Source of the DNA: Mobula hypostoma
Lineage: Eukaryota
Assembly (NCBI RefSeq): GCF_963921235.1
Contig: NC_086097.1
Coordinates: forward strand, 55,058,001 to 55,122,000
Length of the DNA stretch: 64,000 nucleotides
Reading direction: 5' to 3'
How positions within the stretch are numbered: position 1 is the first letter of the stretch; every line of letters begins with the position of its first letter. The translations under genes were made by a program, and so were the position numbers. Below the pieces are notes generated by a model that saw only the letters and a program-made list of their open reading frames with translations, searched no databases and was not told the origin of the DNA. Below are positions 38,428 through 52,440 of the stretch, in pieces.

Positions 38428-39284
38428 ATTCATCCTCAGTTCTAGCAAGTTTAAGGTCTTTTCACGCAAACAGTCGGCAAGATGTACTTTATGAAGTCCT
38501 TCAGTTAGTTACAAGAATTGCAAATCAGGGAGGTCAGGTAAAATTTCTATGGGTTCCAGCACATGTAGGGGTGAAGGGGAATGAGAGGGTGGATGAGTTG
38601 GCAAAGAGGGCGTTAAAGAAAGAAAATGTGGAAATGCACATTAGTATCAGTAAAGCAGAGGTTAAGTGTGTAATCTGGGAAAAAGTCAACCGAATGTGGC
38701 AAGAAAGATGGGACAGGGAGGGGAAAGGGAGGCATTTATATCAAATACAAAAGAGTGTTGCAGTTGCTAGGGTAGGTAATGGAAACAGAAGAGAGGAAAT
38801 TGTGTGGACTAGGTTAAGGCTGGGGCATTGTGCATTAAACAAAACATTGAAAATAATAGGGAAACACCAGACAGGATTGTGTGAGGAATGTCAGGAAGAG
38901 GAGTCAGTAGAACATGTAGTTTTGTGTTGCAGGAAGTATGGGATACAGAGATAGATGATGAGAAATAAATTAAGGGAGTTGGGGGTGCAGGAATTCATAT
39001 TAAAAGGGTTGCTGGGCATGGGTGAGAGAGCACAAGTCCGGGTATTTTTAGCGTTCTTAAGGGGTACAGGGGTTTTTTATAGAATATGACGAATAAACAG
39101 GAATAGGATACTAGGATGGTCAAAGATAGGAGGGTGAAGTGTAGGTTTGTATATATATATATGTGTGTGATTGGGTGAAGGGATTTAGAATGTATGTCTA
39201 GTGCACATTCCGGAGCAGAGGGTGGCGGTAATGCACCTTTAAGCTGGATGCCAACCGCCGTAAAACAAGATACAGACAGACAGA
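38428..39284 (+). mobile_element. 5'-truncated I-group (Nimb-like) LINE: RNase H, CCHC finger, 3'UTR
   Basis: FLWVPAHVGVKGNERVDELAK (RNase H), TRLRLGH, CEEC..ESVEHVVLCC. 3'UTR GGTGGCGGTAATGCACC...CCGCC hairpin and (CAGA)n tail. Confidence 0.88.
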
Positions 39285-39851
39285 TTTTTTTTCTTTAAGA
39301 AAGAAACTTCTATTAGAACAACAGGAACAAAGTTGGCAATGAGTCTTTAACTGTATGAATAATTAAAGCATCTTTTGCAGATATTTAGATAGTGGAAATG
39401 ATAGTTTACTTTATAAGACCGATGTCAAAAAGAATTCATTTTTAAAAAAACCGATTAAATTCGGTATCCAATTCCGATTCTGAACTACAGAAACTGAAAA
39501 AGGTGTACCAAAAAATACACAAAACTAGAATACAGTGTTTAGCCAGTTTTCCTTTCTGCTGCCCACCTTAAACTTGATCTTTAGCAGCTTTAAAATGTCT
39601 TATGCCCAGGTAGCAAGTGGTAGCAAAAAAAATCGAACTATAACATAATGAGCTTCTCCATTCAGCGAATTGGTAGAAGGATAAAAATGTGATTTCGGTT
39701 TGGGATACACTACTGCCCGACAAGTAGCACATACAAATGACGTTCATGTTCTTTTTTAAACGTGATATTTCATATGTAAAAACTTAGAGAATAGGAACGA
39801 AATGAAACCCATCGTGCAATTAGTTTTATTACAAGAGAGAAATTAACTTAC

Positions 39852-39896
39852 ATTTTCAATAGATTGATCAAAATAACTCTCCAATGTTGACTCCAT
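39852..39896 (-). CDS. TBPL2: TBPL2 coding exon 1 (MESTLESYFDQSIEN)
   Basis: ATG at 39896, 45 nt, ends at donor GTAAGT in phase 0, which matches exon 2. LESYFDQ resembles TBP2-type N-termini. Short exon, so less certain than the core exons. Confidence 0.82.
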
Positions 39897-42054
39897 AATG
39901 ACTTTGTTTAGTTAGCTGGGCTCGCAGTAAAGGAAAACCTTTACCCAGAATTGCTCTCGACGTCTTCAATCCACCTCAGGTGGCCTGTATTGATATGAAA
40001 CACGTAAATCCATGCAGCTTTACAAAAAAAAATGTTTTATTCTATTATAGTTGATAAAGATTGGCATGCGAGTTATGAGATTACTTGTTTTTGCAGCAAG
40101 TATTGTTTTCGCAGAAAACATTCATAGGACAAAATCCACTTAAAACGTAAGTACAAATAACTGGCGTAATTGAATTTATACGCAATATTTTCTTCCCTTC
40201 CCAAACTGACAAAGCATTTATTTCCTGTTCATTTTACTTTTGAATGATTTTATTGTGAGTACAGTATTGCTTAATTACTCTGTCCCGCAAAAAGCTTAAA
40301 ATGATCTTGTATTTTGTTCCGGACAAAGCGCGATAAGGCGATTATTTTAATGACGCACAATCTCTTCAAATTAAAGTTGTGTCCCTGGCCTTTAATTACT
40401 AGATAACTTTATTGTTTAAAATAGTTGGTATGCTGGCAGAAAGCTAAGGGCAACTGAATACTGTTTTCCATATTAATGGCCAGAACGTGGAGAAAAATTG
40501 AAAATCCCCCCTTCTTTAATGACGATTGACATCTGGAACTTACTTGTAACATACCAACCAAAACGCTTTATGTGCAGGTTGATTGCATTAGGCAAAATTG
40601 CGAGTAGTTATGACCTTATCGAGAGGAATGAAACAAGTACTCTGAGTGTAATTATACAAAATGTAGTATCATTCTGCTTGCGGAAAGACAACGGAATTAC
40701 TGGACATTTTAAAGGGAGGAAGTCAGGTAATTAGGCAAGGGAATGAGCAGATGTTATTGGCATGATGGTTAGTTAAATGCCAAAGCTCCATGTTAAAGAA
40801 GTTGTACGTAAGTGCATCTGATTGGTGACAAATGAAGTGAAATTGTTAATGAGACTTAAGATATAATGAGGTTTCTTTTAATAGAAATAACTGATCAAAT
40901 ACTATAATGCCAAAGTAAACAGTCAAAAACAATGAGGAAAAAAAGGAGGGGGAACTAATCAGTAAAATATCCCTCAGGAAATGAATTTAAGGTAAGTGAA
41001 AAGTGCTGGATAGGAATTTACACATTTTCTGTGATATATAATGAGACCCTCTTGTATTTGGTGTATGTTGGCTCACTGTAATCCCATTTTTCCACATTTT
41101 CTCTTAATTAAATCAGACTGGACCCTTTAAAGCAACAAGCTATAACTGTAATGAAAATATTCTTCTAAACTGACATATTTCACAATTAGCAACTAGAAGA
41201 TTAATTTGCCATTGGAACTCTTCTGTCAAAAATAGTTCTCTTGAGTCATGTTATAATTCTGCCTTCCTGAGTAGGATAAATTAACCTATTGTTGGCTTCT
41301 TAATCTCCAACCTGGCAGAAGTTGGAAATAACTCCCCTTTGGAGACATAATAACCCTTATTCTAAAGAAAATCACAAAGGCTTGCATAAATTGTAATTCA
41401 TCATTTTCTGAAAATATATTTCTCAACCAGTGGGGGGGGGGTGTTAGTTTAATCTGAAGTACTTGTGCTGAATTATATTTGAGTAAACTAAGTAATGAAC
41501 TTGATAAGGTATTTATGGGTGGATATTTATTGTAGAATTACTTGGTATGTGTATATCAATAGATTTTGGTTTAGAATAAAGAAATACCTTCTCAAAAGCA
41601 TTTTGTATATTGAGATGATTACATGTGTGTCTAGTAAATATAACAGTTTCTTGAAAACAGTATCTCTTAACATGCTTAGCAACTTCGTAAGGATAACTAT
41701 TTTGGAGAGTATAAGTAACATGGGCTGAAAATTAGTTAAGTATCTCACTTACCTGGAGCTTGTTTGATTATGGAATTGGATGAGTAAACTTCTACCAGAA
41801 ATTGGTTGTTGTTTTCTTTCCCCGCAGGGAAGTATAAAGGATCTGTTGGTGTTAGGTAAGAGTGAAAGTGGATCATTTAAAAAGCTATAGATGAATTTTA
41901 ATGACTGAGTGTTAGATTTTCTTTAAGTTAAACATGTATGGTTGGAATTTTTTGAGTCTCTATGAAGATCAGGTGAAACAGCAATTGACTAAATTCTCAA
42001 TTTTTTTTGACTTGCTTCAAATAATTACATCACATTCTTGATATAATTCATAAA

Positions 42055-42450
42055 GTATGAACATAAGGAACAGGAGCAGGGGAAGGCCTTCTGGTTCATC
42101 GAGCCTGCTCTGCCATTCAATAAGGTCATGGCTGACCTGACCATGGACTCATCTCCACCTACCTGCCTTTTCCCCATAACCCTTAATTCCCCTACTATGC
42201 AAAAATCTATCCAACCTTGTCTTAAATATATTTACTGAGGTAGCCTCCATTGCTTCATTGGGCAGCGATTCACCACTCTTTGGGAAAAGCAGTTCCTCCT
42301 CATCTCAATCCTAAATTTACTCCCTCGAATCTTGAGGCCATGTCTCCTAGTTTCAGTCTCACCTACCAGTGGAAATGACTTTCCTGCCTCTATCTTATCT
42401 ATCCCTTTCATAATATTAATGTTTCTATAAGATCTCCTCTGATTCTTCTG
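42055..42450 (-). mobile_element. CR1 LINE 3' end
   Basis: Reverse-complement homolog of 27570-27955. Confidence 0.75.
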
Positions 42451-42660
42451 AAAGATGGGTGGTAGTATTTAATTTGAAATTTGTAAGGAATCAAAATTGA
42501 AGAGGTACTGAGATTTAAGAATGATGAAGGAGATTTTAGGATGGTTGAAGGAAGAGCATATGGGATTTGGACAAATGTTCTTCAGAAAAATCATGAATCA
42601 TGCATTACAAATGGAATGTATTAGGATATAGACAGCAGAGTTGTAAATTATATTAATAAT

Positions 42661-43890
42661 AAACATGAGAAATTCTGTAGATGCTGGAAATCCAAAGCAA
42701 CACACAAAATGCTGGAGGAACTCAGCAGGTCAGACAGCATCCATGGAAATGAATAAACAGTTGACATTTCAGGCCAAGGACTGGGAAGGGAGGGAGAATA
42801 TGCCAGAATAAAAAAGTGGGGGAGTGGAAATTGGATAGCTAGAAGGTGATAGGTGAAGCCAGATGGGTAGGAGTGTTAAAGGGCTGGAGAGGAAGGAATC
42901 TGAGAGGAGAGTGGACTATAGGAGAAAGGGAAGGAGGTGGAGACCTGGGGGAGGTGATAAGAGGTAAGAGACCAGCGTGGGTGAAAAGGAGAAGGGGAGG
43001 AAATTTTTTTTCAACCGAAGGAGAAATCAATATTCTTGCCATCAGGATGGAGGCTACCCAGACAGAATATGAAGTGTTGCTTTTCCATCCCGAGGGTAGT
43101 CTCATCTTGGGATGAGGAGACCATGGACTGACATGTTGGAGTGGGACTGGGAATCAGAATTAGAATGTTTGGCTACTGGGAAGTTTCGCTTTTGGCAGAT
43201 GAAGTGGAGTTGCTCAACGAAGCAGCCCGCCAATTTGCAGTGGGTCTCACTAATATAAAGGAGGCTGCATTGGGAGCACTGAATACAATAGATGACCCCA
43301 GCAGATTTTCAGGTGAAGTGTTGCCTCACCTGGAAGGACTGTTTGGGGCCCTGAATGGAGGTGAGGAGGAGGTGAATGGGCCGTGCAGCACTTCGTCTGC
43401 TTGCAGGGATAAGTGCCAGGAGGGATGAATGGACAAGTGAATCATGGAGGGTGCGAGTCCTGTGGAGAGCAGAGAGAGGTTGGGAGGTAAGGATATGTTT
43501 GGCAGTAGGATCCCTTTGGAGATGGTGGAAGTTGCGGAGGATGATGTCTTAGATGCAGAGACTCATGGGGTGGTAGATAAGGACAAGAGGAACTCCCTGA
43601 CTATTAAGGCAGTGGGAAAATGGGGTGAGCACAATGTGTGGGAAATGAAGGAGATGCGGATGAGGACAGCATCAATGATGGAGGAAGGGAAACCCTTTTT
43701 GAAGAAGAAGGACATCTCTGATGCCCTGGAAAGGAAAGTCGCATACTGGGAACAGATGCCGCGGAGCCGAAAGAACTGAGAGAAGGGAATAACATTTTTA
43801 CAAGTGCTAGGATGGGAAGAGGCATAGTCAAGAATATCATGGCAATTGGAAGGTTTATAAAAGATGTTGGTCAACAATTTGTCTCCAGAG
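42661..43890 (-). mobile_element. Penelope-like element: RT C-terminus, GIY-YIG region and pLTR
   Basis: IFYKPSNCHDILDYASSHPSTCKNVIPFSQFFRLRGICS, and a GVIYCIQCSQCSLLYISET remnant. Confidence 0.88.
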
Positions 43891-44286
43891 AATAGAACAT
43901 AAATAATATAAGAAAACCGGAGCATAAATTGGCCATTGGCCCCTTCAGCCAATCCTGCTCCGAGTGTCACCTCCTTTCCTGTGCCAGTTCCCCATAGCCC
44001 TCAATTACCCAATCTAACAAGAGGTTATTGATTTTTCTCTTTAAATATGCTTATAGTTTGTGGCACAGAGCATTAGAGAGATTCACCACTCTCAGCAAGT
44101 TGTTCTCTACACTTCATCTTTAGATGACTGCCCCCAATCTTAGATATAAGCCTCTTCATTTTGATTCCCCCATAAGTGGGGATATCTCAACACCTGTCCT
44201 GTGATCTTGTATGTTTCATTAAGATCACCCTCTTCTAAGCTCCAAAGAATATAGATCTAATTTTTTTTTTTTTAGCTGCTCATGAT

Positions 44287-45671
44287 AAGCCAACCCTCTC
44301 ATCCCAGGAATTAGCCTAATAAATCTCTTTTGGACTGCTTCCAATGCTAGTACAGTATATCCTCTCTTTATCAAGGGAACCAAAGATGTGTTCTGGACTC
44401 CTGCTGTGTGGTCTCTACATTACCTCATACAATGATAACAATACTTACTTTATGCTGAATTTTAGCCCTTTTGCAACCAAGTCCCAGATGTCATTTACCT
44501 TCTGAACTACTTCACTTATTTGTAGTCTTTGTTCATTTAGATCATAATTTTCCCTCAGATTTCTCTTACAGAATTAATCAACTAAATTCTGTTTAGATTA
44601 GTTTTTTTAGGGTTTTTTTTAAAAAATGTTTTTGTTTTTTTTCTCTTTTCACGATTTTTGTCCAGATTTTTTTTGTTCTCTATTATTCATTGGTATCCTA
44701 TATGATTGGGAGTTTTGTTAATTAAGTACTATTTGGTTCTATAATTACTCATGTTAAGTATAACAATGTATTCCCAATAACTTTGTACTATTATTATGTT
44801 ATGTTTATATTTTATGAAACTAATAAAAAGATTGAAAAAGAAAGATTTCTCTTACAAATTCATGACCTTGAGCTTTCCAACATTAAACCTCATTTGATAT
44901 GTTTTTGCCCACTCGTTCTATCCATATCCAGTTGTAAAACCTTAATATCCTTATTGCAAAATGCCTTCATACCTATTTTTGTGTCATTAGCCGAACTGGC
45001 TAGCTTGAAATCTGTTGCATACTCCCAATTATTAATATATGTTGTTTGTAATTGTGCGTCAAGAACTGTTTCTTGGGGAGGATCAGGAGTAACTCCACAG
45101 TTCTACTAGTTGCATCCTTTCTGCCTGAAAAAGATCCTGTTATTCTAACTCTTCCATGTAGTATTCAGTCTACAAGACATGCTCACACATTGAGTTGAGT
45201 TCTGATGCAGGGTTTAAACATGAAATGTCCACAATTCCTTTCCTTCCACAGATGCCGCTCAGCCCTTTGAGTTCTTCCAGCAGATTGTTTGTTGCCCCAG
45301 ATTCCAGCCTCTGCAGTCTATTGTGTATCCATGCTACTACACTTCCCTCAATAAGGTACGCTCTTATCTTGTTCACCGTCCTTCTGTGTGAAGATTGCAA
45401 ATGAGTGAAGTACAGAGAGACAGATCTACATTAGCAGAGTTATCAGGCAAGTAGTTCAGAAGGTAAATGACATTTTTGTCTTGGTTGTAAGAGGGTTGGA
45501 ATTCAGCAAATAGAAAATGTTGTTATAGGTGTTTGAGGTACTGTGGAGACCACACCTAGAGTCCTGACATATCTTTGGTTCCCTTGTTAAAGGGAGGATA
45601 TACTGTACTAGCAATAGAAGTAGTCCAAAAGGGATTTATTAGGCTAATTCCAGGGATGAGAAAGTTGTCTT
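44287..45671. repeat. Inverted pair of CR1-derived fragments (arms 44287-44512 and 45449-45671)
   Basis: GGAATTAGCCTAATAAAT, TGCTAGTACAGTATAT and ATGTCATTTACCTTCTGAACTACTT each have exact reverse complements in the other arm. Confidence 0.85.
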
Positions 45672-47249
45672 TTAATTTTTTTGTTACATCTTCAAAGAAT
45701 TTTATCTAACCTTCATTAAGTCACATTGGTTGGTTTGACTACATTAAGCTTCTCGCAATGTTTATATCACATATTTATTCTTCAATTCAAAACTCTGGCA
45801 TTCTCTCGATAATATATTTTGATATTGTTGCAGGTAACTTTTTTCAGTTCCAGAGGAAATTGTATGTTATTGCTCGTGTTTTACTAATATTATTAGTAAA
45901 TACAAATTAAAAAAGTAAAATTTGGGCGGGAATTGGCCAAGAACCTCAATTCCATTATTCCCTTAACTTTTGTAGTTTTTACTATTTTGCTGGCTGTCTG
46001 GCTGTCTAGAAGTTAGTAAGCTGAGAAACAGATATTTTATTCCAGGAGCAATGAAAAAGTCTAACGATTTACATTCGGAAAAATGCAACATTTTCTGGAA
46101 AAATGGCAAGTTTGAAAACATCAGGGAATATTAAAAATACTTTAAATTTTAGTGCCTGGAAACTTCATTAAATCATAATTAAAGTTAATGAAGCAGCAAC
46201 TAAGATCTAAACAATGGATTGAAAAATGATGCTCAAAGAGAAGTAAAACAACATAATCCTGTAATTTCAGAACAAAATTGCACAGAAGTTATGATCTGTA
46301 TCATCATAAGAAATAAAGAAAATAACTTGAGCTAGTCAATTTCTCAACATTATACATTAATTCTAATTAACTACCTTTATTTTGTATGCAAAATCTTTAA
46401 TGAAAAAATATTTTGCTGTAAATATTTAAATTAATTTTGTCTAAATTATTATTCTTGAGAGTTCCACCAGTTTTTATAAAATCAGAATTATACAGCACAC
46501 AAACAGGCCCTTTTGGCCTACCGCATCCATGCTAATTGTGATACCTATCGACACTAATCCTATTACATTACATCTCATTAGGTCTGTATTTTTTCATCTT
46601 TTCCTGTTCAAGTACTTGACCGAGTGCCTTTTAAGCATGTAATTTAAATGTGCATTTTGACATTCTCCTAAATGTTCAAGTAGCAACAGCCTGGCTCAGT
46701 AGATTTTAGCATCACTTTAAACACTTCGCATGAGAATGGACCTTTTTTTTCTCTAATTGTGTTCTTTCTTGTAAAAATTATGTATAATTTATGTTTAATT
46801 TATATTTTTCTTGTGAATGCTGTTTTTATGCTATATGCCTGTGATGCTGCTGCAAGTAAGTTTTTCATTGCACCTGTACATGCATGTACTTGTGCATATG
46901 ACAATAAACTTGACTTTGACAGTGATCTGGGTCTAATTTTAAATTCATTGTCTTTGTTTGGGGCTCATCTACCAGAGCAATAGATTCTTTCAATCTACCC
47001 ATTGGTATCCTTTGATCATAAGCTTTTCAATCTCAGGTGACAGAAATGCAATTTGTGCTATCTGCTATTATCATTTACTGCTTTGTTATCATTTTAATGG
47101 ATCTGTGTTCCAGCTGCACCTTCTAAAATGGAGCAATTGGAAATAAACATTTGGCGTACAACTAAAGCTCTGTAACACCCATTCCTTTTTATCATTGTCT
47201 TCTTCAGATGTAATCCCCAAACTCACACTTGTATTGGTGGAGACAAGAT

Positions 47250-47790
47250 GCTTGATGTCACCCAGGTCAATGGTAGTTTTACCACTGTACCATTGAGAGC
47301 ATACTCACCAACTGCATCTCAGTGTGGTATGGCAATTGTACCGTATCAGACTGCAAGGCACTCTAGTGTGCGCTGAAAACTGCCCAGCGGATTATCAATA
47401 CCCAACTGCCCACCATTGAGAACATCTACCATAAACGCTGCCTGGGCAGGGCGAAAAGTATTATCAGGGACGCATCTCACCCTAACCATGGACTTTTTAC
47501 TCTCCTCCCATCCGGTAGGCGCTACAGGAGCCTCCACTCCACACAGGAAGAGCTTCTTCCCTGAGGCTGTGACCCTGCTGAACCTCACATCACGGTGCTA
47601 AGCAGTATTGCACCCATATTGTACTATCTCAGTACTTTTATATTTGTGTGCTGTAGCACTTTTTTAATTTGCAGTTATTTTGTAAATAACACTATTCTTT
47701 GCATTTCTGGTCAGATGCTAAATGCATTTCATTGGCTTTGTATCTGTACTCGGCACAATGATAATAAAGTTGAATCTAATCTAATCTAAT
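47250..47790 (+). mobile_element. Rex1-like LINE 3' end with (TCTAA)n tail
   Basis: CTIESILTNCISVWYG remnant, SFFPEAVTLLN and tail AATCTAATCTAATCT. Confidence 0.8.
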
Positions 47791-49479
47791 GAAAAAGGAG
47801 GAAAAAGAAACAACAGTATCTCATAATCTGGATTTGGTTAATTCACAACAAAAATTCATAAACTGCACTCTAAGGCATTTCCATTGGAGAATAATGTGAT
47901 GTCCTTTCATTATATATTTGAACTTCGAACCATTGAATTACACAAGTTCTTTTGATAAGTGATTGCATCTGAGACAAGAGGTATTAAGGAAACTTGAACT
48001 TCATTGTCTTTGAATAAACGACTCTCAATAGATCCAAATTTTCTCAATTGTATTATATATGGTACATACATTTGACTGCACAAATTTTTAATGCTGCGTC
48101 ACTCCAAAATATATACTTCAAGTGAATTTATTCCAACAGAAATTTCCTTAAACTGGTCATTAGATATGAAATTTTAATGAGTTGCTAATTTTAGCCTTGA
48201 TTGACTATTAGTGCCAAAGAATGCAGTACAGAGTTACAACCTTGTTATACTTTTTCTGTCAGGTTTGGCCCAATATGAATAAAATAACTTGTACATTATA
48301 TAATGAATTATTAGTGAAATTCTCTCATATTTGTATTGCGGTCAGCATTCTTTAGTACAGTTAAATATTTACGCTGCATTTCATCTGGACACAACACACA
48401 CTCACCCTTGAAAGTTTAATGAGTTTAAAGTTTAATTGATCTTTGGTCCAAGTGATCGTGGACTTTGAATCCCATAAAGATAAAGGAAAAGTTTTCTATT
48501 GACTTGTAAGGTGTATCTTGAACTATTAGAGGCAATCTAAATACCTTTTGTACACCGCTTAAAGAAAACTTAGCTCTATTTTGCTGAGCAGTTACCTTTC
48601 TCATTAATATTCACAACTGTTTGATCATATTGATCTGTTCATTTGTGTTTGCATCACTATTTCCCAAGAAACAAAACTAATGTGTTCAAAATCCCATAGT
48701 TAAATTTCAATTCTAACATTTTCCTTTTGCTGAAACTTGGCTCTGTTTCCATGTTCATGTTTTCATAATCAAAGTAGCTTTGTTTTATGAATATGAAATC
48801 AGAAATGTTTTGTTATTTTATGAAGACTACGTTCATTGATATTCTACTTTCAGTCTGTTTGTATGTTGCGGGTTATAATACAAAACTAGATATAGTTTTG
48901 GATCTTTACTAGCTAGGCTTGTAACTTGTGAAATAAATTCACAGTTATTATTGAAGAATTCTTCAGTACTTTACCTGTCATGGCTCATGTTATCTCTGAC
49001 TGCCTCTGGGATACAGTGAGAGCACAATTACTTTATCAATCTCTCTTGTTTTCTATTTTGTTAATCTTGTATTTGCTTCAATGTTTCTTATTCATATGAT
49101 TTACAATGTTAAAACAAATAACCAGCTTAAGTATATGGAGTAGTGCAAATGGAGTATTTGAGCTTTAAAGCTCGGTGCCAATTGCAGATGTTATTCCCTT
49201 TCTAGAATTCGCACACGTGATTAACTTCTTAATACAGCTATACCATTAATAGTAACTTGCAACCAATGCCCATAAGTAGATTGTGTGATTTGCAACTTGA
49301 AATTAAAATACTTAGTTCGGTCATACTGACCTGAGGTTAAATGCATTTAACACTTGAACGTGATAAATGACTTAGCATATAGAATGATTACTGTCTGGAA
49401 TGTAGATATTTTTATAAAGAACTAAATAATTATTATCAACAAATCACGTGTAGTACAAGAGGAAATAATACACTGGATC

Positions 49480-51625
49480 ACAGGTACGCTAAGATCAAGA
49501 GAGCCTCACCCACACTTTGGGAAGTCTGATCACCTGGCTGTACTTCTACTTCCTGAGTATAGGCAGAGACTGAAGACTGCAGCACCAGTAGTGAGGACCA
49601 AGAAGATATGGACCAGGGAAGCACAGGAGCGCTTACAGGACTGCTTTGAATGGGAAGACTAGACTGTATTCAGGAAGTCATCTTCAAGTCTGGATGAATA
49701 TATGCTGCAGTGACCGACTTCATTAAAACCTGTGTGGATGAGTGTGTGCCTATGAAAACTTACTGTATATTTCAAAGCGAAAACAGGAATGAAACAGGAG
49801 GTTCATATTCTGCTGAGAGCTAGATCTGTGGCATTTAAGTCTGGTGACCAGGTCTGTACAAGAAAACCAGGTATGACTATTTCAAGAACCAAGAAGCAAT
49901 CCTGAGAGAAGTTGGAGGTGACTTCGGATGCACATCAACTCTGGCAAGGTTTGCAGGCCGTTACTTCCTACAGAGCAAAACCCCGATGTCATGAATGGCA
50001 GTGATGCTACACTACCAGATGAGAAGGAGGATAATACCACAGCTATGAGATCTCTGGTTGAAGACCAACATCAGGCTCTTTCAAGAGGGTGAAACCTTGC
50101 AAGGTGGTAGGGTCTGATGGAGTACCTTGTAAGGCTCTAAAAACCTGTGCTAACCAATTGGTTGGGGTTTTCAAAGACGTCTTTAATCTCTCATTGCTAT
50201 AGTTGGAAGTTCACATCTGCTTTAAAAGGGCAACAATTATCCCAGTGCCCAAGGAGAGCAGCATAGGCTGCCTGCATGACTATTGTCCGACAGCACTCAT
50301 ATCTATGGAAATGAAATGCTTTGAAAGCTTGGGTAGAATGGCTAGAATCAGTACCCATCTCAGCAAGGACCTGGACCCCTGCAATTTGCCTATCGTCACG
50401 ATAGGTCTACAGCAGCCGTGATCTCAATGGCTCTCCACACGGCCTTGGATCACCTCGACAATGCAAATACCTATGTCAGGTTGCTATTTATTGACAATAG
50501 CTCAGCATTTAACACCATCATTCCTACAGTCCTGATTGAAAAGCTACAGAACCTGGGCCTCCGTATCTCCCTCTGCAACTGAATCCTCAAGTTCTTAACC
50601 AGAAGACCACAATCTATATGGATTGGAAATAACATCTCCACCTCGCTGACAGTCAACACTGGCGCACCACAGTGATGTGTGCTTTGCCCAATGCTCCACT
50701 CTCTCTCTACTCATGACTGTGTGGCTAGGCATAGCTCGAACACCATTTATAAATTTGCTGATGATACGGCCATTGTTGGCAGAACTTCAGACGGTGACAA
50801 GAGGGCGTACAGGAGCGAGATATACCAGTTAATTGAGTGGTGTCGCAGCAACATCCTTGCACTCAAGGTCAATAAGACCAGAGAGCTGATTGTTGACTTC
50901 AGAAAGGGTAAGATGAGGGAACACAAACCAATCCTCATAGAGGGATTAGAAGTGAAGAGAATGAGCAATTTCAAGTTCCTGGATGTCAATAGCTCCAAGG
51001 ACCTAACCTGAATGCAATATATTGATGCAACTATAAAGAAGGCAAGACAGCAGCTATGTTTCATTAGGAATTTGAAGAGATTTAGTTTGTCAACTAAAAC
51101 ACTTGAAAATTTCTACAAATGTATTATGAAGAGCATTTTGGCTGGCTGCATCACCATCTGGTTTCAGGGGGCTACTGCAGGAGATTGAAGTAATTTGCAG
51201 AAACTTGCAAAATTAGTCAACTTCATCATGGATGCTAGCCTCCAAAGTGTCTACGGCATCTTCAAGGGGCAGTGCCTTTGGAAGGCGGTGTCCATCATTA
51301 AGGCCTCCCACCACCCAGGATATGCCCTCTTCTTGTTGTTACCATCGGGAAGGAGGTACAGAAGCCTGAAGGCACACACTCAGTGATTCAGGAACAGCTC
51401 CTTCCCCTCAGCCATCCAATTTCTAAATGGACATTGAATCCATGAACACTATCTCACTCCTTACTAATTTATGGTTTTTTTTTGCACTGCTTATTTTAAC
51501 TTAATTATTTAAGATATATATATTTACTGTAATTCAGTTTTTCTCTATTTATTATCATTGTACTGCTGCTGTAAAGATAGCAAATTTCATGACACATGCC
51601 AGTGATATTAAACCTGATTCTGATG
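49480..51625 (+). mobile_element. Rex1/Babar LINE, decayed ORF2 to tail
   Basis: PHFGKSDHLAV, FKRATIIPVPK, IYKFADDTAIVG and RELIVDFRKGK. Tail CCTGATTCTGA. Confidence 0.9.
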
Positions 51626-51954
51626 CATTACTTTATGTATGCTAAAGCTAATATCCCTTGGAATATCAATGAGAGAGTAAACATTCTGGGATATATCTTG
51701 GCTGTTGAATAGTGTAAAATGCCTGATATCAAACAGCAGCCTGCTTGACCTGAAACGCTGACTACTTCACTTTCCACAGAACCTGCCTGATCTGTTAATT
51801 TTTTTTCAGCATTTTCTATTTTGTAATGGAAAATACAGTTCACATTTGGTAGAGTTCTTAATATTAGAAACATGCTTTAATTATTAATTTGGTTCCATTC
51901 CTCATCTCAAGGCCCCTCACTGTCTTTTCCAAGCTTGGACAAAATCAAAAACTC

Positions 51955-52440
51955 AACAGTAAGAAAACACACCCGCCAGTTGGTTGGCACAGGTTTCCAC
52001 AGCCCTACCAGGAACCCCATTGGGGCCTGCTGCCTTGCGAAGGTTCACCTCCTTGAAAGAGAATTGGACGTCATCCTCCGATATGGAGATCACAAAGACA
52101 ATGAGTGCTGCAGGGATGCTCATAGCTGTAGTTTTATTCTCCTTTTCAAAGTGTGCATTAAAGGCATTGAACTGATCTGGGAGTGAAGCATCACTGCCAT
52201 TCATGATGTTAGGTTTTACTTTGTTGGAAGTAATGGTCTGCAACCCCTGCCAGAGTTGAGGTGTATCCGATTCTGCCTCTAAACTCATTCAGAATTCTTA
52301 CTGTGCTCATAGATAGCCCTCCGTAAGTCGTACCTGGTCTTCTGGTATAGTCCTGATTCACCAGACTTGAATGCCACATTTCTAGCCCTCAGCAGATTAC
52401 GACTCTCCTGGTTTATCCCTGGCTTTTGATTCAGATATGT
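51955..52440 (-). mobile_element. Rex1/Babar LINE internal fragment
   Basis: QLWQGLQTIT...VNLRKAAGPNGVPGR..CANQLAGVF. Confidence 0.85.

Noticed and set aside
14192..39896. Calling the gene TBP or TBPL1
   Set aside because: It has no polyQ tract, has TBPL2-type residues (LACK, ALHA, MVKP, FKKA*) and is adjacent to ATG14. The core is far too TBP-like for TBPL1.
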